Part shown: one piece after another, positions 9,749 to 19,059 of the stretch | How the letters are laid out: each line of letters opens with the position of its first letter | Numbering within the stretch: position 1 is the first letter of the stretch | Source: an uncultured Chloroflexia bacterium | GTDB taxonomy: Bacteria; Chloroflexota; Limnocylindria; Limnocylindrales; CSP1-4 | Direction of reading: 5' to 3' | Assembly (NCBI GenBank): GCA_963734535.1 | Contig: CAVTHS010000008.1 | Location: 160,001 to 224,000, forward strand | DNA: 64,000 nucleotides | Position numbers and translations under genes: made by a program | The notes under the pieces: generated by a model | Told to the model about the DNA's origin: nothing | Databases searched by the model: none | What the model saw: only the letters and a program-made list of their open reading frames with translations

Positions 9749-10695
9749 CCGCGATCCGCTTCGGCGTCCAGCTCTGGAGCCAGGCGTCGGACTGGCCCGG
9801 TTTCCTCGATGCCGCGCTGGCAGCCGAAGCGGCGGGCTGGGACTCGGTCTGGACGTGGGACCACCTGCACGCGATCTTCGGGCCGTGGGAGCAGCCGATC
9901 CTCGAGGGACCGATGGCGCTCGCCGCGGTGGCGGCCCGGACGTCGCGCGTCCGCCTGGGCCTGATGGTCGGCGCCAACACGTTCCGAAACCCGGGCCACA
10001 CCGCGAAGAGCGCCATCACCCTCGACCACGTCTCCGGGGGCCGGGCGGTGCTCGGGATCGGCGGGGCGTGGTTCGCCCGCGAGCACGAGGCCTTCGGGCT
10101 CGACTTCGGAGGCGGATTCGGGGAACGCCTTGACCGGCTCGACGAGGCCGTCGGGCTCATGCGGCGCCTCCTCGACGGCGAGCGATTCAGCCACGCGGGG
10201 CGCTTCTACACCTTCACCGACGCGCTCGCGGCGCCGCGGCCGGTGCAGGCCCACCTCCCGATCCTCGTGGGTGGATCGGGGCCGAAGAAGACGCTGCGCA
10301 CGGTGGCCCTGCGCGCCGACGCCTGGAACACGGCAGGCACGCTGGCCGAGGTCGCCGCCCGCGACACGATCCTCCGGGCGCACTGCGCGGACGTCGGGCG
10401 CGATCCCGCGACCATCGAGCGGACCGTCTCATTCCCCATCGTCCTGCGCGATGATCCGGCCGACGCCGCGCGCGCGTTCGCCGCCGCCTGTGCGCACAAC
10501 GGGACGCCCGATGCGGGGGCGGTCCCGACCCTGCTCGGGCCACCGCGCGAGGTGGCCGCGGCGATCCGTCCGTACGTGGACCTGGGGTTCAGCACGATCA
10601 TCGTGCGACTGCCGGCCCCGTACGACCCGGAGACGCTCGCCCGCATCGGCGAGGTCCGCACCGCGCTGTCGGTCGCCTCCGCGCCGGCTGCCTGA
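9745..10695 (+). CDS. LLM-class (luciferase-like) F420-dependent oxidoreductase
   Basis: SVWTWDHL, ANTFRNPG..AK, TLDHVSGGR, PILVGGSG.KKTLR. Confidence 0.9.
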   Translation: MTAIRFGVQLWSQASDWPGFLDAALAAEAAGWDSVWTWDHLHAIFGPWEQPILEGPMALAAVAARTSRVRLGLMVGANTFRNPGHTAKSAITLDHVSGGRAVLGIGGAWFAREHEAFGLDFGGGFGERLDRLDEAVGLMRRLLDGERFSHAGRFYTFTDALAAPRPVQAHLPILVGGSGPKKTLRTVALRADAWNTAGTLAEVAARDTILRAHCADVGRDPATIERTVSFPIVLRDDPADAARAFAAACAHNGTPDAGAVPTLLGPPREVAAAIRPYVDLGFSTIIVRLPAPYDPETLARIGEVRTALSVASAPAA

Positions 10696-10709
10696 ACGAG
10701 CCGCCCGGG

Positions 10710-11651
10710 ATGCCGCGCGTCGTCGCGTTCGCCGGGGGCGTCGGGGGGGCGAAGCTGGCCCTCGGGCTCCAGCTCGTCGTCGCGCCCGGCGACCTGACCG
10801 TCGTCGTCAACACCGGTGACGACCAGGAGTTCCACGGCCTCCTCGTCTGCCCGGACCTCGACACGATCCTCTACACCCTGGCCGGCCTCGCCGACCGCGA
10901 GCGCGGCTGGGGCCTGGCCGGCGAGACGTGGGCGGCCGCGGCCCAGCTCGCGCGGCTCGGGGAGCCGACGTGGTTCCAGCTGGGCGACCGGGACCTCGCG
11001 CTCCACGTGCACCGCTCGCGGCGCGTTCGCGCGGGCGAGCGCCTCACCACGGTCGCGCTCGACGTGGCGGGGAGGCTCGGCGTCGCCAGCCGCATCCTGC
11101 CGATGGCCGACGAGCCGGTCCGGACGCGCGTCCGGACCCCCGGCGGGTGGCTCAGCTTCCAGGACTGGTTCGTACGCCTGCGCCACGAGCCGGCAGCCCT
11201 GGAGATCGCTCTCGACGGCGTCGAGGCGGCCCGGATGACGCCGGAGATCGAGGGTGCGGTCGGGGACGCGGACGCGATCGTGATCTGCCCGTCGAACCCG
11301 CTCGTGTCCATCGGGCCGATCCTCGCGGTCACCGGGATCCGCGGCGCGATCGGTGAGTCGCGGCGCCGCGGGACGCGCGTGGCGGCCGTCTCCCCGATCG
11401 TCGGAGGACGAGCGCTGCGCGGTCCGGCCGACCGGATGCTTGCCACGCTCGGGGAGGAGGTGAGCGCGCTGGGCGTCGCCCGGCGGTACGCCGGGCTCGT
11501 GGACGCGTTCGTCCTGGACCAGGCGGATGCGGCGCTCGCTCCGGACGTGGAACGGCTTGGGATGCGGGCAGTCGTGGCCCGGTCCGTGATGACCGACGAT
11601 GCCTCGCGGGCGGCCCTCGCCCGCGCAGTGCTCGACGCCTGCCTTTCCTGA
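10710..11651 (+). CDS. cofD: 2-phospho-L-lactate transferase
   Basis: GGVGGAK, VNTGDD, CPDLDTILY, WFQLGDRD, PSNPLVSIGPI, GPADRM. Confidence 0.95.
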   Translation: MPRVVAFAGGVGGAKLALGLQLVVAPGDLTVVVNTGDDQEFHGLLVCPDLDTILYTLAGLADRERGWGLAGETWAAAAQLARLGEPTWFQLGDRDLALHVHRSRRVRAGERLTTVALDVAGRLGVASRILPMADEPVRTRVRTPGGWLSFQDWFVRLRHEPAALEIALDGVEAARMTPEIEGAVGDADAIVICPSNPLVSIGPILAVTGIRGAIGESRRRGTRVAAVSPIVGGRALRGPADRMLATLGEEVSALGVARRYAGLVDAFVLDQADAALAPDVERLGMRAVVARSVMTDDASRAALARAVLDACLS

Positions 11652-11734
11652 CGCCCGCGCCATCCGACGCGAGCGGCACGAGGAACGAGCGGGGGCCGAC
11701 CCACCGGGCATGCCCACCCCGCTACGATCAGCGC

Positions 11735-12433
11735 ATGCACCATCTCCAACCCGCGGGGGCGCCCGCGGCGGCCGACCTCGGGCACCTCGTGGCGGTCGTT
11801 CCCGTGCGCGGGTTGGAGCGCGCGAAGACCCGCCTCGGCGAGGCGCTCGACCCGGAGGAGCGGCGCGCGCTCGTGGAAGGCCTCCTCCGGCGGACGATCC
11901 GGGCCGCGATCATGACGCCCGGCATCCGGGCGGTCGCGGTGGTGAGCCCGGACCCGGAGGCGCTCGCCGTCGCCGCCGACTCGGGCGCGGTCACCATTCC
12001 CCAGGGCGGCGGCGGCCTCAACGAGGGCCTCGCGGATGGGCGCGCATGGGCACGCGAGCTGGGCGCCACGGCGCTCGTCGTCGTCCCGGCCGACCTGCCC
12101 GCGATCGGGCCAGCCGAGCTGGAGCGCGTGCTCGGCGCGGTCCGTGACCGGCTGGCGGCGAGCCGGTCGAGCGGCAGCCCGGCGACCGCGCTGGTGGCGC
12201 TCGTCCCGGACCGGGCCGGCGAAGGGACGAACCTGCTCCTCCTCTCCCCGCCGGAGGCCATCCCGTTCCATTTCGGGCCCGGCAGCCGCGCGGCGCACGC
12301 CGGTGCAGCCGCGTCGCTCGGCGCCGCATACCTCGAGGTCCGCGGGCCGCTGGGCCTCGACCTGGACACGCCGGACGACCTGCTCGACGCCGAGACCGCG
12401 GGACTGGGCGGCGCCGCGCTCGACGCTCAATGA
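11735..12433 (+). CDS. cofC: 2-phospho-L-lactate/PEP guanylyltransferase
   Basis: VPVR..AKTRL, GLN, ADLP, GTN, F.FGPGS..AH, DLDTPDDL. Confidence 0.93.
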   Translation: MHHLQPAGAPAAADLGHLVAVVPVRGLERAKTRLGEALDPEERRALVEGLLRRTIRAAIMTPGIRAVAVVSPDPEALAVAADSGAVTIPQGGGGLNEGLADGRAWARELGATALVVVPADLPAIGPAELERVLGAVRDRLAASRSSGSPATALVALVPDRAGEGTNLLLLSPPEAIPFHFGPGSRAAHAGAAASLGAAYLEVRGPLGLDLDTPDDLLDAETAGLGGAALDAQ

Positions 12434-13218
12434 GGGGTTCCGGCCCGATGCCCGTCCGCCTCGAGGTCATCGCGCTCGACGGCATCCCCGAGATCCGCCC
12501 GGGAGACGACCTCGCGAGGCTTGTCGGCGACGCGCTGGAGCGCACGGCCGGGGCGCTGCCGCTGCGGTCCGACGACGTCATCGTCGTGACCCAGAAGGTC
12601 GTCTCGAAGGCGGAGGGCGCGTTCGTCGACCTGGCCACGATCGAGCCGCGACCCGATGCCGTCGCGTATGCCGCGCGATGGGACCGGGATGCCCGGCAGG
12701 TGGAGGTGGTCCTTCGCCAGGCGGTCCGGGTCGTGCGCATGGATCACGGCGTCGTCATCGTGGAGACGCGACACGGCTTCATCCTCGCGAACGGCGGCGT
12801 CGATGCGTCGAATGTCGGCTCGGCGTCCGGCGGCGTGGTCCTCCTGCTCCCGGACGACCCGGACGCCTCCGCGGCCGCCATCCGTGTCGCGCTCGGGCGA
12901 CGGTTCGGGACGGCCCCGGGAGTGGTCGTGAGCGACAGCCTGGGACGGCCATGGCGATTCGGGATCATGGACCTCGCCATCGGCGTCGCCGGGTTCCGTC
13001 CGCTCGAGGACCTGCGTGGCACGGTCGATGCCGATGGGCGCCCCATGAGCGCGACGATCCGGGCGGTGGCGGACGAGATCGCCTCGGCCGCGGAGCTGGT
13101 GCTGGGCAAGACTGCCCGCCGGCCGGTCGCGCTCGTGCGCGGTGCGTCCCCGCCGGCCGGCCTCGGCAGCGTGGTCACGGACGTCCTCATGCCACCCGAG
13201 CTCGACCTCTTCCGCTAG
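12430..13218 (+). CDS. cofE: Coenzyme F420-0:L-glutamate ligase (no nitroreductase domain)
   Basis: GIPEIRPGDDL, QKVVSKAEG, ANGGVDASN, SDSLGRPWR, ADEIASAA, DLFR; alternative ATG at 12448. Confidence 0.94.
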   Translation: MRGSGPMPVRLEVIALDGIPEIRPGDDLARLVGDALERTAGALPLRSDDVIVVTQKVVSKAEGAFVDLATIEPRPDAVAYAARWDRDARQVEVVLRQAVRVVRMDHGVVIVETRHGFILANGGVDASNVGSASGGVVLLLPDDPDASAAAIRVALGRRFGTAPGVVVSDSLGRPWRFGIMDLAIGVAGFRPLEDLRGTVDADGRPMSATIRAVADEIASAAELVLGKTARRPVALVRGASPPAGLGSVVTDVLMPPELDLFR

Positions 13219-13315
13219 GCAGAGTCCGCAGGGCCCGTCTTCCCGGGCATCCTCCACGGACCACGGGTACGCTGATGCCACACCAGGACACGGCGCGCGA
13301 AGGACCAACACACGC

Positions 13316-14218
13316 ATGAAGATCGGCCTCCAGATCAACCGTTTCAACTGGCCCGGCGGCACCCCGGCCATCGGCCCGACGCTCGCCCGGATCGTCCGCA
13401 GCGCCGACGATGCGGGGTTCGACTCCCTCTGGGTGATGGACCATTTCTTCCAGATCCGCGGGATCGGGCCGGCGGAGGACCCGATGCTGGAAGGCTGGAC
13501 GACCCTGGGGTTCATGGCGGCGAACACGAGCCACGCGCGACTCGGGCTCATGGTTGGCGGCATCCATTACCGGCTTCCCGGCCTCTGGGTGAAGGCCGCC
13601 ACGACCCTCGACGTCCTGTCGGGCGGGCGGGCGTGGCTCGGGATCGGGGCGGCCTGGAACCAGGAGGAGAGCGAGGCGCTCGGGTTCCCGATGCCGCCGC
13701 TCGGAACGCGCTTCGAGATGCTCGAGGAGACGCTCCGGATCGCTCACGGGATGTGGACCGGCGATCGTGGAACGCAGGAATCCTTCGCCGGGAGCCAGTT
13801 CGCCGCGGGCAGGCTGCTGAACTCGCCACAGTCGATCTCGCGACCGCGGCCACCCATCATGATCGGGGGTGGCGGCGAGAAGAAGACGCTCCGCCTCGTC
13901 GCCCAGTACGCGGACGCGACGAACGTGTTCGGCGCCCCCGAGATGATCGCCCGCAAGTACGCGATCCTGCGCGAGCACTGCGAGGCTGTCGGCCGGCCCT
14001 ACGCGGAGATCGAACGGTCGACGCTCCAGAACACGCGGCTCTCGGTGTCGGGAGGCGACGGGATGGAGACGCCCGAGGCGGCCGCGGCGCGCTACGCACC
14101 GCTCGCGGACGCCGGAGCGCAACACGTGATCGTGGGGATCCAGAACATCGAGACCCCCGGCGTGGACGTCCTCGCCGCGCGCCTCGCCGAGCTGGTCCAC
14201 ACCATCCCGACGTCGTAA
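13316..14218 (+). CDS. LLM-class F420-dependent oxidoreductase
   Basis: SLWVMDHFFQI, MLEGWTTLGF, YR.PG, PPIMIGGGGEKKTLRLVAQYADA. Confidence 0.92.
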   Translation: MKIGLQINRFNWPGGTPAIGPTLARIVRSADDAGFDSLWVMDHFFQIRGIGPAEDPMLEGWTTLGFMAANTSHARLGLMVGGIHYRLPGLWVKAATTLDVLSGGRAWLGIGAAWNQEESEALGFPMPPLGTRFEMLEETLRIAHGMWTGDRGTQESFAGSQFAAGRLLNSPQSISRPRPPIMIGGGGEKKTLRLVAQYADATNVFGAPEMIARKYAILREHCEAVGRPYAEIERSTLQNTRLSVSGGDGMETPEAAAARYAPLADAGAQHVIVGIQNIETPGVDVLAARLAELVHTIPTS

Positions 14219-14361
14219 CGACGACCGCCGGCGAGGCGGCGCGTGCGCCGCTGTGCGGCTGGACGGCTCGCTCGCTCGATACCCCCGGGGAGTATCCAGC
14301 GCGTGCTAGCATTGGTGGGCCGCGGCCTTCCCGCGCGGCAGGACGAGGACAGGATTTCCCG

Positions 14362-15423
14362 ATGACCGACACGAACCCGAACCCCTTCGGCGGCTTCGCC
14401 ATCGACTTCGGCGCCGGGGGCGCGCCGGGGGGCGACCAGGCGACCGCCGTGCCGCTCGCCGATGACGCGGCACCCCGCGCGTCGCAGGTCCTGGTCCTCG
14501 GATCCGGGCCGGCGGGCCTGACCGCGGCAATCTATGCCGCGCGCGCCAACCTTGCCCCGATCGTGCTCGGCGGCCTCCAACCGGGCGGCCAGCTGACGAT
14601 CACGTCCGAGGTCGAGAACTACCCCGGCTTCCCCGACGGGATCGAGGGCCCCGACCTGATGGCGCGCTTCCGAGCACAGGCCGAACGCTTCGGCGCCACC
14701 GTCATCGACGTGGAGGTCGACCGCGTCGACTTCTCCGGCCGCCCGTTTCGCGCCTGGGCCGCCGGCGTCGAGTACCGCGGCGACGCCGTGATCGTGGCAA
14801 CCGGCGCGTCGGCGCTCTGGCTGGGCCTCGAGTCGGAGGAGCGGCTCCGCGGGCACGGCGTCTCGGCCTGCGCGACGTGTGATGGCTTCTTCTTCCGGGG
14901 CAAGGAGATCGCCGTCGTCGGCGGCGGCGACACCGCGATGGAAGAGGCGCTCTACCTGACTCGCTTCGCCACGAAGGTCCACCTGCTGCACCGGCGCGCC
15001 GAGTTCCGCGCCAGCCGGATCATGGAGGCGCGCGCGGAGCGCCATCCGCAGATCGAGATCCACCGGAACGTGGCGATCGAGGAGGTCCTCGGCGACCCGT
15101 CGATCACGGGCCTGCGGCTGCGCGACACGCAGACCGACGGACGGTCACAGCTCGCGGTCGAGGGTCTCTTCGTCGCGATCGGCTACCGGCCGAACACGGG
15201 ACCGTTCGAGGGCTGGCTCGACAGGGACGAAGCCGGCTACCTGGCCGTCCATTCCGAGACGCACTCGCGGATCGAGGGCGTCTTCGTCGCCGGCGACGTC
15301 CACGACCATCGCTACCGCCAGGCGGTGACCGCGGCCGGCGACGGCTGTCGTGCGGCCATCGACGCGGAGCGCTGGCTCCAGGAGCACGCGCCCGCGGAAG
15401 CGGTCGCAGCGACCACCGGCTGA
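14362..15423 (+). CDS. trxB: Thioredoxin-disulfide reductase
   Basis: GSGPAG, ENYPGF, active-site CATCDG, GGGDTA, HRR, YRQAVTAAG. Confidence 0.96.
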   Translation: MTDTNPNPFGGFAIDFGAGGAPGGDQATAVPLADDAAPRASQVLVLGSGPAGLTAAIYAARANLAPIVLGGLQPGGQLTITSEVENYPGFPDGIEGPDLMARFRAQAERFGATVIDVEVDRVDFSGRPFRAWAAGVEYRGDAVIVATGASALWLGLESEERLRGHGVSACATCDGFFFRGKEIAVVGGGDTAMEEALYLTRFATKVHLLHRRAEFRASRIMEARAERHPQIEIHRNVAIEEVLGDPSITGLRLRDTQTDGRSQLAVEGLFVAIGYRPNTGPFEGWLDRDEAGYLAVHSETHSRIEGVFVAGDVHDHRYRQAVTAAGDGCRAAIDAERWLQEHAPAEAVAATTG

Positions 15424-15570
15424 GACGCCCGACGGTCACCAGCCGCTGCCGGCCGGCTCCGCCTTCTGAGGCGCCCCTGATCGTCGGGCGAACGGCCTTC
15501 CGACCCTGACGGTTGGGGCACCCCCGGACGGCCGGTGGTAGCCTCCGGCCGTGGGACGGAGCGTGTCGCG

Positions 15571-17694
15571 ATGATGGGCCGTGGCTCCGGCGTGGGTCGC
15601 GGCGGGGGCATGGGCGGCGGAAGCGGGGTCGGGAGCGGCGCCGGATTCCGGCGTGCCATGCGCGCGGAGCGGGGGCCGTCCGTGCCACCGGAGCGCCGGA
15701 ACCGCACGGCCCGCAGGATCGCGGCCTTCTTCGGCCCCTACCGGGTGCAGGTGGTGGTCGTCCTGGTCGCCATCCTCACGACGAGCCTCCTGGGCCTGAT
15801 CAACCCGATCCTGCTCAAGCTCCTGATCGACGAGGTGATCACGGGGCGGAAGTTCGACCGCCTCAACCTCTACGTCGGGCTGATGATCGTGATCCCGATC
15901 GGCTCCGGGCTCATCGGCGTCGGGCAGAGCTACCTCAACAACGTCATCGGCCAGAACGTGATGCAGGACCTGCGGAACGCGCTCTATGCGCACCTGCAGG
16001 GCCTGCCCCTGCGCTTCTTCACGGAGACCCGCACGGGCGAGATCCAGAGCCGGCTGGCCAACGATGTGGGCGGCGTCCAGACGGTCGTCACCGACACGGC
16101 GACGAGCGTGACGGCAAACCTGGCGGTGGTCCTCTCCACGATTGCCGCGATGATCTACATCGACTGGCGCCTGACGCTCCTCTCGATCGGCCTGCTCCCC
16201 TTCTTCATGTACCTCACGCTGCGGGTGGGCCGCGTGCGGCGCGAGGTCTCGTCGGAGACCCAGAAGACGCTGGCCGACGTCACCGCGGTCACCGAGGAGA
16301 CGCTCAGCGTCTCCGGCGTCCTCCTGTCAAAGACGTTCGGGCAGCAGGCCGCGGCGACCGACCGCTTCCGTGCGCTGAACCGCAGGCTGGCCCGGCTGCA
16401 GATCCGCCAGGCGATGGTGGGACGCTGGTTCTTCATGATCATCGGCACGATCTTCAGCATCACCCCGGCGTTCGTGTACTGGCTGGCGGCCGTGCTGGCG
16501 ATGAACGGCGATCCGAGCGCGCCGACCGCGGGCTCGATCGTCGCCTTCACGACGCTCCAGAGCCGGCTCTTCTTCCCCCTCGGCCAGCTCCTCAACGTCC
16601 AGGTCGAGATCGCGGGCTCGCTCGCCCTGTTCGACCGGATCTTCGAGTACCTGGACCTCGACCCGGAGATCGTGGACGCACCGGACGCCGTGACGCTCGG
16701 GCCGACCGACGTGAGCGGCGAGGTCCGCTTCAACCGTGTCTCGTTCCGCTACCCGACGAAGGCGGTCCCGTCCGAGCGCGCGCACGCCGCGGCGGCCGAC
16801 AGGCCCGGCCAGGGCGACACGTCCGCGCCGGACGAGGCGGCGGCCGACGCGGTGGTGGAGCCGATCGCCGAGGAGGTGCTTGTCAACCGGCTGCGGGAGG
16901 CGGACGCCGGTCCGCCGGACGACGTGAGCGGGGACGGGGAGACCGCGGAGGCGGCCGAGGACCCGAGCGAGGCCGGCGTCCCGATGACCTTCGCCCTCGA
17001 CGAGATCGACTTCACCGCCGAGCCCGGGCAGCTCGTCGCGCTGGTCGGCCCGTCGGGTTCGGGCAAGACCACGACCACGTACCTGATCCCGCGCCTCTAC
17101 GACGTCGACGAAGGTGCGGTCGAGATCGACGGACGCGACGTTCGGCGGATCGCGCTGGCGTCGCTCGGCCGCGTCATCGGCGTCGTCACCCAGGAGACGT
17201 ATCTCTTCCACGCCTCCATCCGCGACAACCTGCTCTACGCGAAGCCCGAGGCGACTGATGCCGAGCTCGAGGCGGCCGCGAGCGCGGCCGCGATCCACGA
17301 CCGGATCACGGAGCTGCCGGACGGGTATGCCACGATGGTGGGCGAGCGCGGCTACAAGCTCTCGGGCGGCGAGAAGCAGCGGATCGCGATCGCGCGCGTC
17401 CTCCTCAAGGACCCGCGGATCCTGGTCCTCGACGAGGCGACGTCGGCCCTCGACACCGTGTCGGAGCGGCTGATCCAGTCGGCGCTGGAGCGGCTCATGG
17501 AGGGCCGCACGACCATCGCGATCGCCCACCGGCTCTCGACCATCCTGCGTGCCGACCAGATCCTGGTCTACGACCGCGGCCGGATCGTGGAGCGTGGCAC
17601 CCACGACCAGCTCCTGGCGCAGGGTGGCCTCTACGCGCGCCTCTACCTGGAACAGTTCGTGGCGCCCACGGAGTCCGCTGCCGTCGAGGCATGA
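15571..17694 (+). CDS. ABC exporter, fused permease plus ATPase (MsbA/MdlB-like)
   Basis: TM domain with GEIQSR; Walker [26 protein letters not shown]; acidic insert before Walker A. Confidence 0.92.
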   Translation: MMGRGSGVGRGGGMGGGSGVGSGAGFRRAMRAERGPSVPPERRNRTARRIAAFFGPYRVQVVVVLVAILTTSLLGLINPILLKLLIDEVITGRKFDRLNLYVGLMIVIPIGSGLIGVGQSYLNNVIGQNVMQDLRNALYAHLQGLPLRFFTETRTGEIQSRLANDVGGVQTVVTDTATSVTANLAVVLSTIAAMIYIDWRLTLLSIGLLPFFMYLTLRVGRVRREVSSETQKTLADVTAVTEETLSVSGVLLSKTFGQQAAATDRFRALNRRLARLQIRQAMVGRWFFMIIGTIFSITPAFVYWLAAVLAMNGDPSAPTAGSIVAFTTLQSRLFFPLGQLLNVQVEIAGSLALFDRIFEYLDLDPEIVDAPDAVTLGPTDVSGEVRFNRVSFRYPTKAVPSERAHAAAADRPGQGDTSAPDEAAADAVVEPIAEEVLVNRLREADAGPPDDVSGDGETAEAAEDPSEAGVPMTFALDEIDFTAEPGQLVALVGPSGSGKTTTTYLIPRLYDVDEGAVEIDGRDVRRIALASLGRVIGVVTQETYLFHASIRDNLLYAKPEATDAELEAAASAAAIHDRITELPDGYATMVGERGYKLSGGEKQRIAIARVLLKDPRILVLDEATSALDTVSERLIQSALERLMEGRTTIAIAHRLSTILRADQILVYDRGRIVERGTHDQLLAQGGLYARLYLEQFVAPTESAAVEA

Positions 17695-17786
17695 TCGGCG
17701 GCTGCCGGGCGGAGGCACCGGCGGCCCGGATCCTGCCGGACGTCCCGTACGGTGCGAGGCGGCGACCGATCCGGCGAAGTCGACCG

Positions 17787-17825
17787 CTTGCATGACTATG
17801 CATCAGCCGTGTATAGTCATGCGTG
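17787..17825 (+). promoter_or_regulatory. Tandem ARG boxes overlapping the argC promoter
   Basis: CTTGCATGACTATGCATC (17787-17804), 3-bp spacer, CGTGTATAGTCATGCGTG (17808-17825); -35 TTGCAT at 17788 and -10 TATAGT at 17812. Confidence 0.9.
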
Positions 17826-17907
17826 TCATGCACGAAACCACCAGCCGGGTGACACCGGCGACCAGGACGACCCCGGCGGAGCCGCCCGTGAGCGGCCTCG
17901 CGCGCCC

Positions 17908-19059
17908 GTGAGCGCGACCACCGGGACCGTCGTCGCGGCCGCTCCCGGTCGCCCGGCGATCCCGCTGCCGCGCGGCGGCGGAGCCGACGGGGCGCCGTCG
18001 CCCGGGAGCCCGCGCATCCGCGTCGCGATCGTGGGCGCCACGGGCTACGTCGGCGCCGAGCTCGTCCGGCTCCTCTCGCGGCACCCGAACGTGAAGATCG
18101 AAGGGCTCGTCGGCCGCGGCCGCTCCCGCGAGCCGATCGGCGGGACACATATCCATCTCGACCGGACCGGTCTCCACGTGGACGCGACGGTCCCCGACGC
18201 GGACGCGGTCTTCCTCGCGCTGCCCCACGGCGCCGCGGCGGAGATCGTCCCCGACCTCGCGGCGCACGGCGCCGCGATCATCGACCTTGGGCCGGACTTC
18301 CGGCTCCGCGACCCGGCCGACTACCCACGCTGGTACGGCTTCACGCATCCGCGCCCCGACCTCCTCGCCGGGGCCGTGTACGGGCTTCCCGAGCTCCATC
18401 GCGATGCGCTGGCTGCACTTCGGGAGTCCGGGTACGCGATCGTCGGGGCCCCGGGCTGCTACCCGACGGCCACGCTCCTCGCGCTCGCGCCGCTCGCGCG
18501 CGCCGGGTTGATCGGCGATCTCGTCGTCGACGCCAAGTCCGGTGTCTCGGGCGCCGGTCGCGAGCCGAAGCAGGACCTCATGTTCGGCGAGGTCAACGAG
18601 AGCGTGAAGGCGTACGGCGTCGGCGGCCATCGGCACGTCGCGGAGATGGAGCAGGAGCTGGCTGCCCTCGGGGCGGGCAGCGCGGATGCGAACGCGGGCG
18701 TGCGCGGCATCGACTTCCTGCCCCACCTCGTCCCGATGACGCGCGGCATCCTGTCCGCCTGTCACGTGCGCCCGAGCCGGCCCGTGACCCAGGCGGAGCT
18801 CGACGCGCTCTACGCCGACGCATACGCGGACACGCCGTTCGTCCACGTCGTTCCCCAGCCACCGGCGACGAAGCACGTCCTGGGCAGCAACACCTGCCGG
18901 GTCCACGTCCGCCTCGACGAGCGTACCGGCCGCGTCCTCGCCATCGGCGTCATCGACAACCTGGTCAAGGGCGCGGCGGGCCAGGCGATCCAGGCCTTCA
19001 ACCTCGTCCACGGGCTCCCCGAGACGGCCGGCCTCGAGCAGCACGCACTCGTCCCGTGA
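17908..19059 (+). CDS. argC: N-acetyl-gamma-glutamyl-phosphate reductase
   Basis: VGATGYVG, YGLPE, PGCYPT, SGVSGAGR, HRH, IDNLVKGAAGQA; start approximate. Confidence 0.95.
   Translation: MSATTGTVVAAAPGRPAIPLPRGGGADGAPSPGSPRIRVAIVGATGYVGAELVRLLSRHPNVKIEGLVGRGRSREPIGGTHIHLDRTGLHVDATVPDADAVFLALPHGAAAEIVPDLAAHGAAIIDLGPDFRLRDPADYPRWYGFTHPRPDLLAGAVYGLPELHRDALAALRESGYAIVGAPGCYPTATLLALAPLARAGLIGDLVVDAKSGVSGAGREPKQDLMFGEVNESVKAYGVGGHRHVAEMEQELAALGAGSADANAGVRGIDFLPHLVPMTRGILSACHVRPSRPVTQAELDALYADAYADTPFVHVVPQPPATKHVLGSNTCRVHVRLDERTGRVLAIGVIDNLVKGAAGQAIQAFNLVHGLPETAGLEQHALVP

Noticed and set aside
13275-14365. uORFs overlapping the LLM (13275-13319) and trxB (14315-14365) starts
   Set aside because: Their start codons lie only 1-2 nt after the putative -10 boxes, so they are probably not on the mRNA; both genes have their own SD-like sequences
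16753-16986. Intein in the ABC ATPase
   Set aside because: No Cys/Ser start, no His-Asn end, and the composition is low-complexity
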